Positions 60,501 to 64,000 of a DNA stretch of 64,000 nucleotides are shown one piece after another. The notes beneath the pieces are model-generated. The model was not told the DNA's origin. It ran no database searches and saw only the letters and a list, made by a program, of their open reading frames with translations. Made by a program: the position numbers and the translations under genes. The DNA is from Trichoplax adhaerens. Lineage: Eukaryota; Animalia; Placozoa. Location of the stretch: the NCBI RefSeq assembly GCF_000150275.1, contig NW_002060946.1:4483454-4547453 (forward strand), in the 5' to 3' direction. Position 1 is the first letter of the stretch. Every line of letters starts with the position of its first letter.

Positions 60501-63388
60501 GATTATATCCAAATCGGTTTATTTAAGATGTTATCAGACATTGGGTTATTCCTGATTGGATTTGATGTTGTAGTAGTAAACTAGTAATCAGTTTCTATTG
60601 ATGAATTAACATACCGATGATTTGTGTAAATGAAGTTTATCACCATGTTCTAAATCTTTTGAGCTCTAATAAGTTGAAAAAAGACTCTAAGCTATTCATT
60701 ATCACGCAATTACTTTAAATATAAGTTTGAGTAGGTTTTGTTACGAAATCAAACTAACCTCATTAGTTAACAACCTTCCATCACTGGCATAGTGGATAGC
60801 ATAGCGTGATTCACCGACTAAATTATACCTTGATCATTAAATGGAGACATGATTAGTTTTTCATGCCGAATGGATGTATATTTTACCTTTAATTTTTGAA
60901 GTTTGTTAAGAGAATGTTTATATGTCGTAAGGTAAAACAGAGTTTATCGACAATTTTTTTTATTTTTAGTTCTAAAAGAAATGGTAAGTATTTATATATT
61001 TAATATTGAAATGGTTAACCAATTTGAATTGATGTCATTTATACATGAAATGCAAAGATTTTGCGATGGCAAGATTATGCAAAGTTTTACTTGACACTTG
61101 TATGAAAGAGATCGTAAATATTTACACATTCGATGTTAAGACAGCCAGTCCATTTAGATTGATCTGATTTGGGCGTGCAATACAATTATCCTGAGATATA
61201 AGGATTATGAGTATAAAGCTTTATACGATACTTGTATGGAAGAAATCGTCAGTATTTGTACATTCAAGATTTAGTTAGTTAACCCATTTCGTTTAAACTA
61301 ATTTATAGGTGAAATATGATTATTCCGTGATGGTGAGATTATTTGAAGCTGTATGTGATACCAGTAAAGAAAAATTGTTAATATTTGTTCATCCAATCTT
61401 AGAACAGTTAACTAGTTTTGTTTAATCTAATTTTATACCTGTAATGCGATTATCTCGTGACGTCCAGATTTTTAAAAGTTTATGTAAAGCCAGAGTAAAA
61501 GAAATGCTAATTATTTATTTATATACTTAATATTGAGACAAGTAGCTAATTTAGTTTAACCTAATTTGTATAAGAAAGGGTTATAAATTGGAGAACTACA
61601 AGGGCGGAAATTGATGGTTGCCAATGCTATGAGAAAATCATACATCATCTTTGAAACTGGAATACTGCAATATACAAAATCAATTTCCTGTAGCATAGCA
61701 GTAAAAGCGATAGTAGTAAGAGTTAAAGGCCAATACTCATATGTTAGCAGGAATCGATTTCTCTGAAAAAGTATTAACAAGAATGATGCTCCCTTTCATG
61801 AATATGGGAGTATACTTGTATGACAATATTTTGAACTAGTCAGGAAAGTGGAAAATTTGCAGCTGATCTAGCTAAAGGCCAACACTGATATGGTAGCAGA
61901 AACTATCTCCCTAGAAAAAGTATTTTCATGAATGATATTGCCGCTTATGAATATGGCAGTATGCGATAATATTTTAAACTTGTCAGGTAAAAGTAAAACT
62001 AACAGTTAATCTAGTCAAGCTCAAGATAAATCGAGTGGGATAAAATAGCAGATAACTATCTATCTCTTGGAAAGAGCATTGTCATAGATGATATTGCCTT
62101 TCATGAACATAGCAGCATACGAGAATATTTGAACTTGTCAGGAAAGCGAAAAGCCAACAATTAATTCAGTCAAACTCAAGATAATTTTAGTAGAATGAAG
62201 ATTCAGTGGAATTATTTCCGTTTTTAATGGACTTACCTTTCACAATAAATCTTGATATTTTGTTCAACTGTCTTATCCTATAGTGATATTGAAGATTACT
62301 TTTAATTTATTTTAATACCGCGGGAATACTAAAAATATAACATAACGCGTATAGACAGATAGGATATATCTGCTCAAATGTTCTTCCTACAATAGTCTTC
62401 AATTTATCGTGTATGAGATTTGGGAAACTTATTAACAGTAGAGATAAATGGAGCTGCTCAAGTGTTTTATCCTAAGATGTTTCAATATTATTACATAATT
62501 TTTAATTTACTTTTAAGTACAATCTCTGAGTTATACTAATGATCTCTAATAAAAAAAAGTAATTGAGGAAAATGATGGCGTATCTGCTTAGCGCATAACC
62601 TTTGGTAATTTTCTAACGCTAAAGAATATTTCTCACTTGCAGTGATTATGCATTGATATAGTCTTAAGATCAGCATATACTTATCAAGATATATAAGCGT
62701 ATTAAAAGAGCAAAGAGGAGTGGGATACATCCTTGTCACGGCTGTATCTGTAATTTATTCTCAAATGTTGTAGGATTACTTTCTACAGGACTTGCACTCG
62801 CTTTAAACGATAAAAATAGAGTAAAGCACGTATGAAATATTGAAGTGGTTAAGACAAACATGATCTATCTTCTCAACTGTGATATCCTAGAGTGATTTTC
62901 AAACATATTACAATAATCTTCACTTATCACTTCTTAAGGTTATAGAAGTGGACATCAAAACTGCAGAGGGAGACGAGACAAATGAGATCAAAGATGTGAC
63001 GGAAATAAATCACGGAAGTACTTTGCGGTTGGGGTCAAAATAACTAAAAGCCAGTTTCTATTGATGGTGGGAAACTGATACAATGTAGTAAAACGACGGG
63101 AATGTTTAATTAATGGAATGAAAAAGGGCTAAAATAGAATCAGATCATAAAGGAAGATATAAAGTAGTGCTTTATTGAAGGGATATAAATGGATTAAGCG
63201 GAAACATCTTGTCGTAAACGGCTGCAACAAACGATGGAGTGATTGAAGAAAATAGAGGTAAAATAGAGTGATTAATTTACCTTGAAATACTTTATCAATT
63301 CCATTTCTGGTTTCTCGTTTTCATATATCTGAATCCAGACAACGTCTTGAGTCGAACTTTGAATTGGTGTACCACTTGGCGTAGTCAT
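54561..63388 (-). CDS. ELMO: Engulfment and cell motility protein (ELMO/CED-12), >20 exons
   Basis: [110 protein letters not shown] (PH domain); WCDGILCLLGKEM; C-terminal PPPIPPEPDNFNF. Start ATG 63388 lies just after an acceptor, so there may be an upstream exon. One junction near 59.8-60.1 kb is ambiguous. Confidence 0.93.
61760..62195. repeat. Intronic degenerate tandem repeat, ~150-bp unit, 3 copies (ELMO intron)
   Basis: aaaagtatt...atgat(a/g)...(t/c)atgaa(t/c)at.g.ag.at...tattt.aact.gtcagg.aa at ~61767, 61916 and 62071. Confidence 0.75.
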
Positions 63389-64000
63389 CGTTAACTAAAA
63401 TAAATTACTAGACAAACGAGATGGAAAGTAAAGACCATGAAAATTCCGATATAAATACATCATAATCGTATAGAGAGAGATAGTATGCAGTCTAATTTAA
63501 GGGGTGGTCCCATTATAAGCTTAGTCTATCAACATTGGCTTAGCCATGTCTAAAATATCGGTGGACTAGATCTACTCTAGTATAGATAGAAATAATCTGT
63601 TGGTTAGTGAATCTATTTACAATTGTCTTTTACACTATACGTATTATGGATTAATTCAATATCGCCTTGAACGATCTGCCATATCGATTGTTAGCTTATT
63701 GAACCATCGAGCTGTCGAAATCTCTTTCCAAGATTAATACAGCTAATTAATGGCGTTGATCACCCGATTAAAGATAGCGATCACAATGTAGTCTATTTTT
63801 CACCATCTTGTATTGAATTCAGTGTATCAATAAAAGAAATTTTTGGATAAGATAGGATAATCTTTACGACAAAGATTGTTTCATTTATCCAAGAAATTGA
63901 TTATTCAACTACTGTAAGAGAAACGAGGCTTGACTAGGTGGTCAAGGAGAATATATATATACAGAAAAAGATCTCTATTTTATCTAGAACTTACCGCAAA

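Overview
Compact, AT-rich, intron-rich animal genomic DNA with many introns of about 60-110 nt. The style and gene content suggest a placozoan such as Trichoplax (inference). I reconstructed ten protein-coding genes by hand from GT-AG exons: OTUD6B(-), GABARAPL2/ATG8(+), ADAT1(-), TMEM231(+), intronless GLOD5-like VOC protein(+), an intronless class A GPCR(+), PUS7(-), HMCES(+), DPM1(-) and ELMO(-). Most entries in the ORF track are exon fragments or AT-rich noise. Main observations: (1) GABARAPL2-ADAT1-TMEM231 are also neighbours on human 16q23.1, so this is probably ancient microsynteny. (2) A three-copy ~226-bp hairpin-rich tandem element lies in the PUS7/HMCES bidirectional promoter, and a related solo hairpin occurs 30 kb away. 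(3) A ~23-kb gene desert around the GPCR is filled with successive degenerate tandem arrays of different unit lengths. (4) TACAGTA/TACTGTA clusters mark the housekeeping promoters. (5) An AUG-less, mitochondrial-presequence-like in-frame extension precedes PUS7. I recognised no tRNA, rRNA, CRISPR or transposase.
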